Counted from the first letter of the stretch, positions 47,565 through 60,209 are shown. The stretch is 64,000 nt of DNA from an uncultured Holophagaceae bacterium (GCA_903868115.1 CAIPUA010000041.1:6377-70376); one strand, 5' to 3'. Notes: a model not told the origin generated them from the sequence alone. Numbers and translations: made by a program.

Positions 47565-48629
47565 TCAAGGGTTGGGAAGCTCGGGAATGTGTCGAGGGGT
47601 GGGGGCCATCCAATGGAGGCCCACCGGCATTAGCTGGTAGCGGTTCTGGAGGGTCACCCACCGGGAGAGTTCAGGTTCCCGAATGGTTCCCTCCGGGCCG
47701 GTGGTCGGCAACCCGCGTTCCCGGATGAAGGCCTTGACTTCACCGGGGCTCACGCCGAGCACACCGGAGAGCTCTCCCAGTGAATAACTCGTTTCGCCCG
47801 GAATCGTCATGAGCACCCTGTAATCGAAGGTCTCGCGCAGCACGGAGAGCGTGGCCAGCCTATTTAGTTCCAGGGCGGCGTCCAGGTGGGGGCAGGGATC
47901 TCCGCCTCCGTAGCTCTTGGCTTGAGCTGCGCCGATATGAGCTAGCGGATGGGCGGGATGGAGCATGAGGACTTGAGCGAAGGCCTCCTGGGCCTCCCGG
48001 TAGTGCTCCAAGTGGAGGAGGGCCTCCCCGCGGTGGAGCAGGGCCTCCGGGTCCAGGGCCTCCGGTTTGCCAAGCTTGGCATGTATCCAGCGGTCCGCCA
48101 CAGTGAGCATTTCCTCGACCATGCCCTGCTGGCGGAGCAGGGCTGTCAGGCGGGCTAGGGCGGGCAGGTGCCGGGGTGATAAGAGTAGCATCCGTTCGAA
48201 CAGTTCCATGGCGCGCAGGACATCCCCATCCTGGTCGAAGCGCTGGGCCCAGTCCCACAGGATCTCCGCCTGCCTCGCCGTGGAATGATTCGGGGTCCCC
48301 CTACGCATATCCGTGGGGTGCAGCATCTGGGTGCGGACCCAGACATAGCGCTGAGGCTGTCGGCCGAACTCCGTGGCCAACTCATCCTCGATGGCCCGGA
48401 CAATGGTCTTCAAGCCTTTGTCCCACAGGGGCGGCACGGGCATCTGCACATGCGTCTGTAGCTCGCGCCGCAGTGGCTGCAGGGCATCGTCGTTCCGTCC
48501 AAGGTGAAGTTTGAGGCGAAGCACCAGGGGCTCTCCACTGTCTCCCTGGAAGACCCCTACGCGCAGCATGAGCTCCCCCGTATCGGGGTCGAACCCGTCC
48601 AGGAGGAGGTAGTGAAGATGGGACCGCAT
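47565..48629 (-). CDS. Hypothetical TPR-containing protein with C-terminal helix-turn-helix-like segment
   Basis: ATG 48629 (MRSHLHYLLLDG...); the ORF also extends to 48752. TPR-like helices (LRAMELFERMLLLSPRHLPALARLTALL.., YREAQEAFAQVLMLHPAHPLAHIG). C-terminal YSLGELSGVLGVSPGEVKAFIRERGLP. Stop lies 1 nt from the purC start. Confidence 0.5.
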   Translation of the reverse strand: MRSHLHYLLLDGFDPDTGELMLRVGVFQGDSGEPLVLRLKLHLGRNDDALQPLRRELQTHVQMPVPPLWDKGLKTIVRAIEDELATEFGRQPQRYVWVRTQMLHPTDMRRGTPNHSTARQAEILWDWAQRFDQDGDVLRAMELFERMLLLSPRHLPALARLTALLRQQGMVEEMLTVADRWIHAKLGKPEALDPEALLHRGEALLHLEHYREAQEAFAQVLMLHPAHPLAHIGAAQAKSYGGGDPCPHLDAALELNRLATLSVLRETFDYRVLMTIPGETSYSLGELSGVLGVSPGEVKAFIRERGLPTTGPEGTIREPELSRWVTLQNRYQLMPVGLHWMAPTPRHIPELPNP

Positions 48630-48783
48630 GGCTCGAGAGTAAAACAGGCAGGGGCGGGGTGCGAGTCGGGAGACGAAATCTTTGGGTCGTGTCGGATTTT
48701 TCCAGTTTTTTCTCCAAATTTCGTTGACGGCTAGGCCGATGCTACCGAACATGGAAAGGTTTCACCCCTCGAAGGAGCCCCCC

Positions 48784-49389
48784 ATGAAGATCCTGGCTCG
48801 TATCGCCCTGGTTTCCGCCGCTTTGGCCATCGTCCCCGCCAATGCCGCCGAGGTTGGCATCATCCTGGACAAACAGTTCGGCAAGGCGCAGACGGTGACG
48901 GCTGGGATCAATCAGAAGTACGACTCCGTGAGCCCCACGGGCTTCGGGATCCGCGCAGGCATCAGTGTGCTCGATCTCAAGGTTGCGGAACTTGGGCTGA
49001 CCGCCACCTACCATCCCAAGGCCGAAGGAGATCTGGTTCTGGGGACTACCCCCCTCGGCAAAATTGGCAATGAATACATCGCCATTGGTGCTCAGGTGGA
49101 TTGGAAGTTCCTGGTGCAAATCCATGCAGGCGTGGATATGCGCAGCGAGAGGCTCACATGGACTCCCGTGTCTGGTACCAAGGAAAGCACCACGGTGACT
49201 CGGCCCTGGTTGAAGGCGGGCATAGGTTTTTCCGTTCCCACACCACTTGTAAGCCCCTTCTTCCGCCTCGAAGTGGCCATGGCAGCTTCGAAGAATGACA
49301 AGACAGTGGACAATACCCCGACCGAAAACACCCGCAAGGCCCTCGCCCCCGAATTCCAGGTCGGCCTCTACGGCGGTATCCGCTTCTGA
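48784..49389 (+). CDS. Small outer-membrane beta-barrel protein (OmpA-barrel/OmpW-like porin family)
   Basis: 201 aa; signal peptide MKILARIALVSAALAIVPANAAE; alternating beta-strand pattern; C-terminal ..VGLYGGIRF. Confidence 0.65.
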   Translation: MKILARIALVSAALAIVPANAAEVGIILDKQFGKAQTVTAGINQKYDSVSPTGFGIRAGISVLDLKVAELGLTATYHPKAEGDLVLGTTPLGKIGNEYIAIGAQVDWKFLVQIHAGVDMRSERLTWTPVSGTKESTTVTRPWLKAGIGFSVPTPLVSPFFRLEVAMAASKNDKTVDNTPTENTRKALAPEFQVGLYGGIRF

Positions 49390-49406
49390 TTCCTTCCCAT
49401 CCCACC

Positions 49407-49437
49407 AAAAAAGGGCGTCCGCAGGGCGCCCTTTTTT
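49407..49437 (+). terminator. Rho-independent terminator
   Basis: AAAAAAGGGCG-TCCGCAGGG-CGCCCTTTTTT; GC stem flanked by an A-run and a T-run. Confidence 0.8.
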
Positions 49438-49443
49438 GCGACT

Positions 49444-50232
49444 ATGAAAGGCAACAACTTCCGAGGCTTCATGATCCTGCGTGTCCTAGGGTGTTCGGGT
49501 GGCGAGGCCGAGGGCGATCGACTCACGGGTTTGCTCGTGAATGGCACGGTGGCATTGGACGCCGGGAGTCTCACGCTGGCGCTGACGATCGCCGAACAGG
49601 TGGCGATTCGGCACATTTTCCTCAGCCATTCCCACCTGGACCATATCTGCACACTGCCCTTCTACACCAAGAATGTTTTTGGCCATGTACATGCGCCGGT
49701 GGAAATCCACGCGCTGCCCGAAACTCTGGATGCGCTTCGCCGCCATCTTTTCAATGACGAAATTTGGCCGGATTTCTCAGTTATTCCAAGTCCGGATGCA
49801 CCCATCATTCGCTACTCGGAGGTCGAGCCGGGACACACCTACGAAGTGGAGGGACTGCGGATCACGCCCATCCCAGTGAACCACTTGGTGCCTACCGTCG
49901 GCTACCTAGTGGAGGATGAGCGTTCGGGCTTCCTCTTCACCTCCGATACCGCCGAAACGGATGCCGTCTACGAGGCTGCGAACGGCGCGAAGCACCTGGA
50001 TCTCTTCATCACCGAGGCTAGTTTCCCCAACGAGCAGGCTTGGCTGGCCGAGGTCTCCAAACACTTGACCCCCGCGAAGCTCGCCCAGGAACTGAAGAAG
50101 CTGAAGCGCGCAGTGCCCGTTGCGGTCTACCACCTTACGCCGGGGGACAAGCCCGTCATGCTGCCTCAGATCGAGGCTCTCGGACATCCGCGCCTGAGCC
50201 TGCTCGAGCAGGACGCGATCTTCGAATTCTGA
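49444..50232 (+). CDS. MBL-fold hydrolase, class II 3',5'-cyclic-nucleotide phosphodiesterase-like
   Basis: ..ILRVLGCSGG.., HIFLSHSHLDH, ..FTSDT... Alternative start ATG 49471 (MILRVLG) with GAGG upstream. Confidence 0.7.
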   Translation: MKGNNFRGFMILRVLGCSGGEAEGDRLTGLLVNGTVALDAGSLTLALTIAEQVAIRHIFLSHSHLDHICTLPFYTKNVFGHVHAPVEIHALPETLDALRRHLFNDEIWPDFSVIPSPDAPIIRYSEVEPGHTYEVEGLRITPIPVNHLVPTVGYLVEDERSGFLFTSDTAETDAVYEAANGAKHLDLFITEASFPNEQAWLAEVSKHLTPAKLAQELKKLKRAVPVAVYHLTPGDKPVMLPQIEALGHPRLSLLEQDAIFEF

Positions 50233-50234
50233 AG

Positions 50235-51203
50235 ATGACTATTTCTCTCTGGTCCATAGGCGCTGAAGGCCTTTTCTGTGCGGAACCAGATCGGATGGAG
50301 GCGGTCCTCCGCTCCGGGCACACCTACTGGCTCGACATGGAAATCGCCGATATCCCAGCCATTCTGCCGTATCAGGCGCTGCTGCCCGGCCATCCCCTCA
50401 GTTGGGAGGATGCCGGCAAGCCCACCCAGAGGCCGAAGCTGGAGGAGCACGGGGATCATTTCTTCCTCGTGATGCGCGGCCTGGATACGGCGCGCCATCG
50501 TTTGGCGGAGCAGTTGCACACCCTGCAACTCGCCTGCTTCCTGACATCGAACTGCCTGATCACCATTCGCAGCGGTCCCATGGCCAGCGTGGCAGGGGTG
50601 CGGGAGCGGGTTGAAAAGGAACTGTTGCGTCTTGAAGCGGGGCCGGATGGGCTCCTTCACGCGATTCTGGATGACCTAGTGGACCGCTACGGGCCGCATG
50701 TAGAGGAATGGGAAGCGGAGATGGATCGCCTCCTGAAAGAGGCGATGGACCGCCCACGGCAACTGATCATGGGCCACATTTTGTCCATCCGGAAGCATAT
50801 GCTGCTGTTGCGTCGCCTTGCCTTCAACCAGCGGGAGATTCTGACGCTCCTTGCACGAGAGCGAGCGGGGCTCATCCAGCCTCACTGGCTACCCTATTTT
50901 CGCGATGTGCTGGATCATCTAACCAGCCTGGTAGAGGCTTCGGAGACGCTTCGGGACAGTGTCTCGATCGCCGTGGATGTGTATCTGAACAGCGTGAACA
51001 ACCGCCTGAACGAGGTGATGAAAGTCCTCACGGTGATCAGTTCGGTCATGCTGCCCCTGACCCTCGTGACGGGGATCTTCGGGATGAATTTCGACCGCAT
51101 CCCGGGCCTTCACCATCCTTCGGCGTTCTTCGTCGTGATTGGCGGAATGATTCTGCTTGCCGTGGGCATGCTCATCATTTTCAAGCGTTCCCGGTGGCTT
51201 TGA
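50235..51203 (+). CDS. corA: CorA-family magnesium/cobalt transporter
   Basis: ATG 50235; C-terminal two TM helices with the GMNF motif (TGIFGMNFDRIPG). Confidence 0.85.
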   Translation: MTISLWSIGAEGLFCAEPDRMEAVLRSGHTYWLDMEIADIPAILPYQALLPGHPLSWEDAGKPTQRPKLEEHGDHFFLVMRGLDTARHRLAEQLHTLQLACFLTSNCLITIRSGPMASVAGVRERVEKELLRLEAGPDGLLHAILDDLVDRYGPHVEEWEAEMDRLLKEAMDRPRQLIMGHILSIRKHMLLLRRLAFNQREILTLLARERAGLIQPHWLPYFRDVLDHLTSLVEASETLRDSVSIAVDVYLNSVNNRLNEVMKVLTVISSVMLPLTLVTGIFGMNFDRIPGLHHPSAFFVVIGGMILLAVGMLIIFKRSRWL

Positions 51204-51210
51204 ACGACGG

Positions 51211-51624
51211 TCAGTTGGAGGCCGAACCTCGAGCCTGGGCACGGATGATGGTGGCGTCCAGATCTGCCTGGGCAGTGGCCAGTTCCTGGGGATTCTGGGC
51301 ATCCTTCAGGCGTTTCAGGGCCTCCTGGCGGGCGCTCTCCAGGGCGGTGGCCTCGAGCATCTCCGGTGTTTCGCTCTGGCGAGCGAGGATGGTGACACGA
51401 TCGGGACCCACTTCGGCGAAGCCCCCGAAGACCGTCAGCAGGTTCTTCTGACCGTTCTGGATGTAGGTGATGAGGCCGTCGCCCACGGGCGTCAGGACGG
51501 GCGTGTGGCCCGGCAGGATGCCGTAGTAGCCGCGGTGGGCCGTGGGGAAGGAAAGCTCGGCCACCTCGGCGGAGAAAACCTTCCGTTCGGGCGTCACGAC
51601 TTCAAGGAGAAGATGGCCGTCCAT
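51211..51624 (-). CDS. atpC: F1 ATP synthase epsilon subunit
   Basis: 137 aa; LLEVVTPERKVFSAEV..; last gene of the atp cluster. Confidence 0.92.
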   Translation of the reverse strand: MDGHLLLEVVTPERKVFSAEVAELSFPTAHRGYYGILPGHTPVLTPVGDGLITYIQNGQKNLLTVFGGFAEVGPDRVTILARQSETPEMLEATALESARQEALKRLKDAQNPQELATAQADLDATIIRAQARGSASN

Positions 51625-51627
51625 GGC

Positions 51628-53986
<2,359 letters not shown>

Positions 53987-53989
53987 GGC

Positions 53990-55594
<1,605 letters not shown>

Positions 55595-56140
55595 TTAGGC
55601 AGAAAGGAGACGGGTCTTGAGTTGACGGAGTTGCCCCTGAAGAGAGGCATCGTAGACGGTGGAACCCACCTGGACCCGGAGGCCCCCCAGGAGTGTCGCA
55701 TCCTGGCTCCATTGCAGGCGGATGGTCTTGCCGGTGCGCAACGAGAGCGAGGCCTCCAGGGCCTTGGACTGGGTCGGGCTCAAGGGCTGTGCGCTGGCCA
55801 CCGCCGCGTTCACCACGCCCATTTGCTCATCCACCAGCTCATCGAAGGCGGTGACGATTTCGTGGATCAGGTTCAGTCGGGCAGCCTGGGCCACGACCAG
55901 GAAGAATTTGCGGACACCGCCGGTGACGCCCGCCTTGGAAAGAATTTCGTCGAAGGCTGCGGCCTTCTTGGTGGGACCAATCAGGGGAGCCGTGGTCAGG
56001 CGCTCCAGATCGGCATTGCCACGCACCAGAGTGTTGATGGCGGCCAACTCCTTCTGAATGGACTGAAGGGTGCCCTGCTTCTGGCCAATCTCAACCATGG
56101 CCTTGGCATAGCGGCGGGCAACGAGGCGATTGCTGCTCAT
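55595..56140 (-). CDS. atpH: F1 ATP synthase delta (OSCP) subunit
   Basis: 181 aa; ..VARRYAKAMVEIG..; position between b and alpha. Confidence 0.9.
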   Translation of the reverse strand: MSSNRLVARRYAKAMVEIGQKQGTLQSIQKELAAINTLVRGNADLERLTTAPLIGPTKKAAAFDEILSKAGVTGGVRKFFLVVAQAARLNLIHEIVTAFDELVDEQMGVVNAAVASAQPLSPTQSKALEASLSLRTGKTIRLQWSQDATLLGGLRVQVGSTVYDASLQGQLRQLKTRLLSA

Positions 56141-56853
56141 CGGGCACCTCCGACCTGCTCGATGGAACGATCCAGAACCTGTTCGGCGGTCGCTCCCTGA
56201 ACCCGGGTCTTCAGGCGCTCGGTGGCGCCCTGCACGGCCAACTGAGCCACCAGGGCCCGGAGTTCCTGTTCAGCCAAGCGTTTCTGATACTCGATTTCCA
56301 CGCGGGTCTGGGCCAAGATCTGGTCCGCCTCCTGTCGAGCGGCTTCGAGGATCCGCTGCTTCTCGATCTCGGCGTCGGTTTCGGCCTTGACCATGATCCC
56401 GTCCAGTTCCTGCTGGAGCCCGGCCATCTTGGTCTCCAATTCCTGGACCTGGGCCTGGCCCTGGGCCTGGTCCCGCTCCGCCTGGGTCAACTGGTCCTGC
56501 AGTTCCTTCGTCCGCGCCTTGAAGGCGGATCCGAGCGCGCCTTTCAACAGGAAGAAGAGCCCGAAGAAGAAAACGGCGAAGTTGAACAGCTTGACCATGA
56601 ACTGGCCGAAGAGGCCGAGGGTCACGCCGAAGAGCTTGATTTCGGGACCGTGGTGGGCCTGCTGGCTGACAGCGGCTTCGTGAGGAGCGCCTTGCGTCGA
56701 GGCTGGCTGAGCATGGCTTCCTGCAGCCTTGGGGGAGTGGGCCTCCTGGGTGGCGGGAGCGGCGTGCTCCTGGGCGCGCAGGGAGGGGCCTGTGAGCCAG
56801 AGAGCGCAGATCAGAATCAGGAAAATTGTTGGCAGGGAGCGTCGGCGCGTCAT
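56137..56853 (-). CDS. atpF: Fo ATP synthase b subunit with N-terminal signal-peptide-like segment and His/Ala/Gln-rich extension
   Basis: 238 aa. Canonical part FGVTLGLFGQFMVKLFNFAVFFFGLFFLLKG plus a coiled coil. ATG 56853 lies 3 nt after the b' stop. An internal GTG at 56625 would give a conventional ~162-aa b subunit. Confidence 0.85.
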   Translation of the reverse strand: MTRRRSLPTIFLILICALWLTGPSLRAQEHAAPATQEAHSPKAAGSHAQPASTQGAPHEAAVSQQAHHGPEIKLFGVTLGLFGQFMVKLFNFAVFFFGLFFLLKGALGSAFKARTKELQDQLTQAERDQAQGQAQVQELETKMAGLQQELDGIMVKAETDAEIEKQRILEAARQEADQILAQTRVEIEYQKRLAEQELRALVAQLAVQGATERLKTRVQGATAEQVLDRSIEQVGGAR

Positions 56854-56856
56854 GAA

Positions 56857-57402
56857 TCAGGCCTGCTTCAGAAGGTGCTGGACCATGGATTCGGAAAGGG
56901 CGTCCACCTGGGCCACGAGTTCGGCCTTGGCGGTCTCTCTACGGGCCTTCAGGTCCTCGAGGGCGGCGCTGCGGGTTTCGGTGGACTGCAGTCGGGCCTT
57001 CTCCAGCAGGGAAGTTCGTTCCAGGGTGGCGGCAGCGGCGAGCGCCTTGCGGTGTTCGAAGGCCTTGCCGCGCAGGTCCCGCAACCGAGTGGCGTAATCG
57101 GCCTGCCGCAGTTCCACCCGCGCGGCAGCCTCGGCCTTGGCGGCGCCCCCGGCGGCGATGGCAGCTTCGCGTTCATCCATCACCTGGGTGACAGGCTTGA
57201 AGAAGGCGAATTTCAGGAAGAGGTAGAGCATCGTCATCAGCACGATGACAAAGCCGATCTGGTATGGATCCAGCTTCATCGGGTCCGGAAGGGCATCCAT
57301 GAAACTCGGGGGCGCTCCGCCAGTCAGGAGGCCCATCCCGGTCAGACTTTCCAAAGCGATTGGAATCACAGTCTCCCCCAGTTTCCGTTCCAGCCCAGCC
57401 AA
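56857..57402 (-). CDS. Fo ATP synthase b' (second b-type) subunit
   Basis: TM helix IGFVIVLMTMLYLFLKFAFFKPV followed by an A/E/R-rich coiled coil. Start uncertain: TTG 57402, or ATG 57336, 57300 or 57279. Confidence 0.8.
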   Translation of the reverse strand: MAGLERKLGETVIPIALESLTGMGLLTGGAPPSFMDALPDPMKLDPYQIGFVIVLMTMLYLFLKFAFFKPVTQVMDEREAAIAAGGAAKAEAAARVELRQADYATRLRDLRGKAFEHRKALAAAATLERTSLLEKARLQSTETRSAALEDLKARRETAKAELVAQVDALSESMVQHLLKQA

Positions 57403-57496
57403 AACCGTAAGGGTTCGCGGGTCGTTTCCACCCCAAGGACAGAGGCTGGCAAAATCTTACCGCTAGGTTTCCCAGCCTCCAAGGATGCATTTTGGG

Positions 57497-57526
57497 TTGA
57501 CTTTCGTCACAGGCCCATGGGAGGAT
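57497..57526 (+). promoter_or_regulatory. Putative promoter of the tRNA-Val/tRNA-Asp unit
   Basis: TTGACT (57497-57502), 18-nt spacer ending in TGG, then GAGGAT (57521-57526), 17 nt before the tRNA-Val 5' end. Confidence 0.35.
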
Positions 57527-57542
57527 TTCGGTTCGGCGAGAC

Positions 57543-57618
57543 GGGCGATTAGCTCAGTCGGTAGAGCGCCTCCTTTACACGGAGGAAGTCGGCGGTTCGA
57601 GCCCGTCATCGCCCACCA
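57543..57618 (+). tRNA. tRNA-Val (anticodon TAC)
   Basis: Manual cloverleaf. Acceptor GGGCGAT/ATCGCCC; D arm GCTC-AGTCGGTA-GAGC; anticodon stem CCTCC/GGAGG with loop TT-TAC-AC; T arm GGCGG-TTCGAGC-CCGTC; encoded CCA. Confidence 0.93.
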
Positions 57619-57644
57619 GACACACGCTGGTGTATTGAAAACCT

Positions 57645-57721
57645 GGGGTTGTAGCTCAGTCGGTTAGAGTGCCAGCCTGTCACGCTGGAAGTCGCGGGTT
57701 CGAGCCCCGTCAGCCCCGCCA
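57645..57721 (+). tRNA. tRNA-Asp (anticodon GTC)
   Basis: Manual cloverleaf. Acceptor GGGGTTG/CAGCCCC (one G-U pair); anticodon stem CCAGC/GCTGG with loop CT-GTC-AC; T arm GCGGG-TTCGAGC-CCCGT; encoded CCA. Confidence 0.93.
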
Positions 57722-57723
57722 AC

Positions 57724-57750
57724 AAAAGCCCCCCGCCAGGGGGGTTTTTT
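57724..57750 (+). terminator. Rho-independent terminator after tRNA-Asp
   Basis: AAAAGCCCCCC-GCCA-GGGGGGTTTTTT. Confidence 0.85.
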
Positions 57751-57913
57751 GTTGGCGGCTTATCAGGGGCTCGAACCCGTGAGAAGCGAGGGGACGCGGG
57801 GTTCGAGCCCATCCGTTGGGTTGACGCCCCCGGTCGGATTCATTCCCAATGTTCCCCATTCATCTGACATACCATTGAATTTCCAGGCATCTCTGCCTTT
57901 CCGATCGGCCCCC

Positions 57914-59410
57914 ATGAAACTCCCTCTCGTCGCCATTTGCGGACGCCCCAATGTGGGGAAGTCCACACTCTTCAACCGCCTCACCCGCACACGCACGGCC
58001 CTGGTTCACGATTTGCCTGGCATGACGCGGGACCGCTCCTACGCCCATGTGACCTGTCTCAGCGAGGAGGGCGAAGCGGAGGAAATTTTCGAATTGGTGG
58101 ATACCGGGGGACTCGATTTCGAGGGTGACGATGTCATCACCGCAGGCATCACCCGCATGGCCCAGGCGGCCATGGCCGAGGCACACGTGCTGATGATGAT
58201 GGTGGATGCCCATGATGGCTGGAACCCAGGCGATGCCGAGATCGCGATCAAGATTCGTCAGGCCGGCAAGCCGTCAATCCTGGTTGTAAACAAAATTGAC
58301 GGGGTGAAGAGTGGATCCCCGGACGGTGCCTTCTACGAACTGGGGTTCGACGAAGTCCACATCATCAGCGCCAGCCATGGCTCCGGCGTTCCGGACCTCC
58401 TGGCCTCCATCAGGGAAAAGCTGCCCTTCCATCGCACACCGGAGGAAGCCGAGCGCCATGATCCGGCAGAGGAACTGCGCTTCGCCATCATCGGTCGGCC
58501 CAATGTCGGCAAGTCGTCGCTCACGAACAAGTTGTTGGGGTACGAACGCAGCCTGGTGAGCGAGGTGGCTGGCACCACGCGCGACACGGTGGACACGGTC
58601 TTCAATGTGGACCAGCATCTCTACCGCCTGATCGACACCGCGGGCATTCGCCGCAAGGGCAAGACCACCGAAGGCGCGGAAATTCTCTCGATCCTGAAGG
58701 CCAAGCAGGCCATGGCCCGAGCCGATGTCTCGCTCCTGCTCATCGATGCCGTGGAAGGTGTCACCCATCAGGATGCCGTCATCGCGGGCTATGCACAGGA
58801 GGCTGGCGCCGCCGTTGTGCTCGTGATCAACAAGTGGGACCTCGTGGCCAAGGACACCTACACCTCCATCGCCTTCGAGGAGAAGATCCGCTTCGATCTC
58901 GGCTTTCTCAAGCATGCGCCCATGCTTTTCATTTCGGCCCTGACCGGACAGCGGGTGTCCAAATTGTTCACGCTCATCCATGAATGCGCGGCGGCCCATG
59001 CGCGGCGGGTTCCCACGGGCAAGCTGAACCAGTTCCTGCGCGAGGCCGTCGCGGGGATGTCGCCCCACGCCGTGGATGGCAAGCTCCCCAAACTCTATTT
59101 CATGACCCAGGTGGGCGTCCGCCCGCCTTCCTTCGTCGTCAAGGCCAACACGGACCGGGGCCTGCACTTCAGCTATGTGCGGTACCTCGAGAATCGCCTG
59201 CGCGAAACCTTTGGCTTCGTCGGCACGCCCATCCGCCTGAGCATCCAGAAGAAGCAGAAGGGTGACGAGGAACCCCGGGAAGGGGCCAAAGTCCGAAGAA
59301 TCATGGATGTCGGCGAAGGCTTGAAACCCTCCCGGCGGCCTCGGGCGCAGGGTCCGCAGAAGCCGGATGCCCGGAAGTCGACTCCCCGCAAGAAACCCCG
59401 GAAGGGATGA
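57914..59410 (+). CDS. der: Ribosome-associated GTPase Der/EngA with extended basic C-terminal tail
   Basis: ATG 57914; two G domains (GRPNVGKSTLFNRL, DTGG; GRPNVGKSSLTNKL, DTAG, NKWD) plus a KH-like domain. The tail is Lys/Arg/Pro-rich. Confidence 0.93.
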   Translation: MKLPLVAICGRPNVGKSTLFNRLTRTRTALVHDLPGMTRDRSYAHVTCLSEEGEAEEIFELVDTGGLDFEGDDVITAGITRMAQAAMAEAHVLMMMVDAHDGWNPGDAEIAIKIRQAGKPSILVVNKIDGVKSGSPDGAFYELGFDEVHIISASHGSGVPDLLASIREKLPFHRTPEEAERHDPAEELRFAIIGRPNVGKSSLTNKLLGYERSLVSEVAGTTRDTVDTVFNVDQHLYRLIDTAGIRRKGKTTEGAEILSILKAKQAMARADVSLLLIDAVEGVTHQDAVIAGYAQEAGAAVVLVINKWDLVAKDTYTSIAFEEKIRFDLGFLKHAPMLFISALTGQRVSKLFTLIHECAAAHARRVPTGKLNQFLREAVAGMSPHAVDGKLPKLYFMTQVGVRPPSFVVKANTDRGLHFSYVRYLENRLRETFGFVGTPIRLSIQKKQKGDEEPREGAKVRRIMDVGEGLKPSRRPRAQGPQKPDARKSTPRKKPRKG

Positions 59411-59440
59411 AGGGGGCATCAGGCGGGTTGCGGTAAGAGT

Positions 59441-59769
59441 ATGCTGGTGGGGGGGATTCGGATGGATCATCGAATCGCGGACAACCGGGTGGCGATCGCC
59501 ACCTGTGTCTGAAGTTCCGGGTCCGTCGACTGGAGTTGTTCGGATCGGCGGCCATGGAAGCTCCGGGTCGGGAGCCTGCCGATTTCGATTTCCTGGTGGA
59601 ATTCGGTGATCTGGGCGCTGGCGAATGGGCGGATGCTTACTTCGGTCTTAAGGAATCCCTTGAAGCCCTTCTGTCGCGCCCCGTGGACCTTGTGATGCCG
59701 AAGGGCCTGGACAATCCCTACCTGCTGCGGTCCATCAATAGGAACAGGATTGGGCTTTATGCCGCGTGA
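59441..59769 (+). pseudogene. MntA-type nucleotidyltransferase antitoxin, reading frame interrupted near 59500
   Basis: One frame gives M..MDHRIADNRVAIATCV* (59441/59462-59512). The next frame continues ..LCLKFRVRRLELFGSAAMEAPGREPADFDFLVEF...RPVDLVMP... to 59769. Joined, they match the family N-terminus. The downstream frame has no ATG or GTG before TTG 59536. Confidence 0.6.
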
Positions 59770-60118
59770 ACCCCGCAAGTATCTGCACGATGTCCTTACC
59801 GCGGCCAGCAGGATCACAACCTACACAGACGGGTACGACACGGAGCGTTTCGAGGCGAACGATCAACTGAGGTCTGCCGTGGAGCGGCAGTTTGAGATCA
59901 TCGGTGAGGCCCTGGCCCAGCTCAAGTGCCTGGATCCTACCCTGGCGGCCCGGATTCCAGAGGCTCCGCGAATCGTCGCGTTCCGGAACCTCCTCATCCA
60001 TGGCTATGCCTCTATCGATTCGCGGATCGTGTGGGATATCGTCATCACCAAGCTGCCTTCACTGCTCAGAACGGTCGTGGAATTGTTGGCTGATCCGGGA
60101 GGAAGTGCAGATGCGTGA
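59759..60118 (+). CDS. HepT-like (DUF86) RNase toxin
   Basis: ATG 59759 overlaps the end of the upstream NTase ORF by 11 nt. MPREPRKYLHDVL...ERQFEIIGEA...FRNLLIHGY (RxxxxH motif intact). Confidence 0.8.
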   Translation: MPREPRKYLHDVLTAASRITTYTDGYDTERFEANDQLRSAVERQFEIIGEALAQLKCLDPTLAARIPEAPRIVAFRNLLIHGYASIDSRIVWDIVITKLPSLLRTVVELLADPGGSADA

Positions 60119-60209
60119 ATCCGTGGTTGAAAAAATCGAAGGCGATTAAGCGGAGGAAGGCGGAACGGCTTCTACCAAGGGCGCCCCCGATATTTTTGAT
60201 AGCAATGAT

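Noticed and set aside
58274-59470. 398-aa ORF antisense to der
   Set aside because: A shadow ORF opposite a gene with two canonical GTPase domains.
57543-60118. tRNA-Val/tRNA-Asp as an integration hotspot with a downstream genomic island
   Set aside because: No integrase, no duplicated tRNA 3' end (att-like direct repeat) that I could see, and the next gene is the essential der. Only the small HepT/MntA pair looks accessory.
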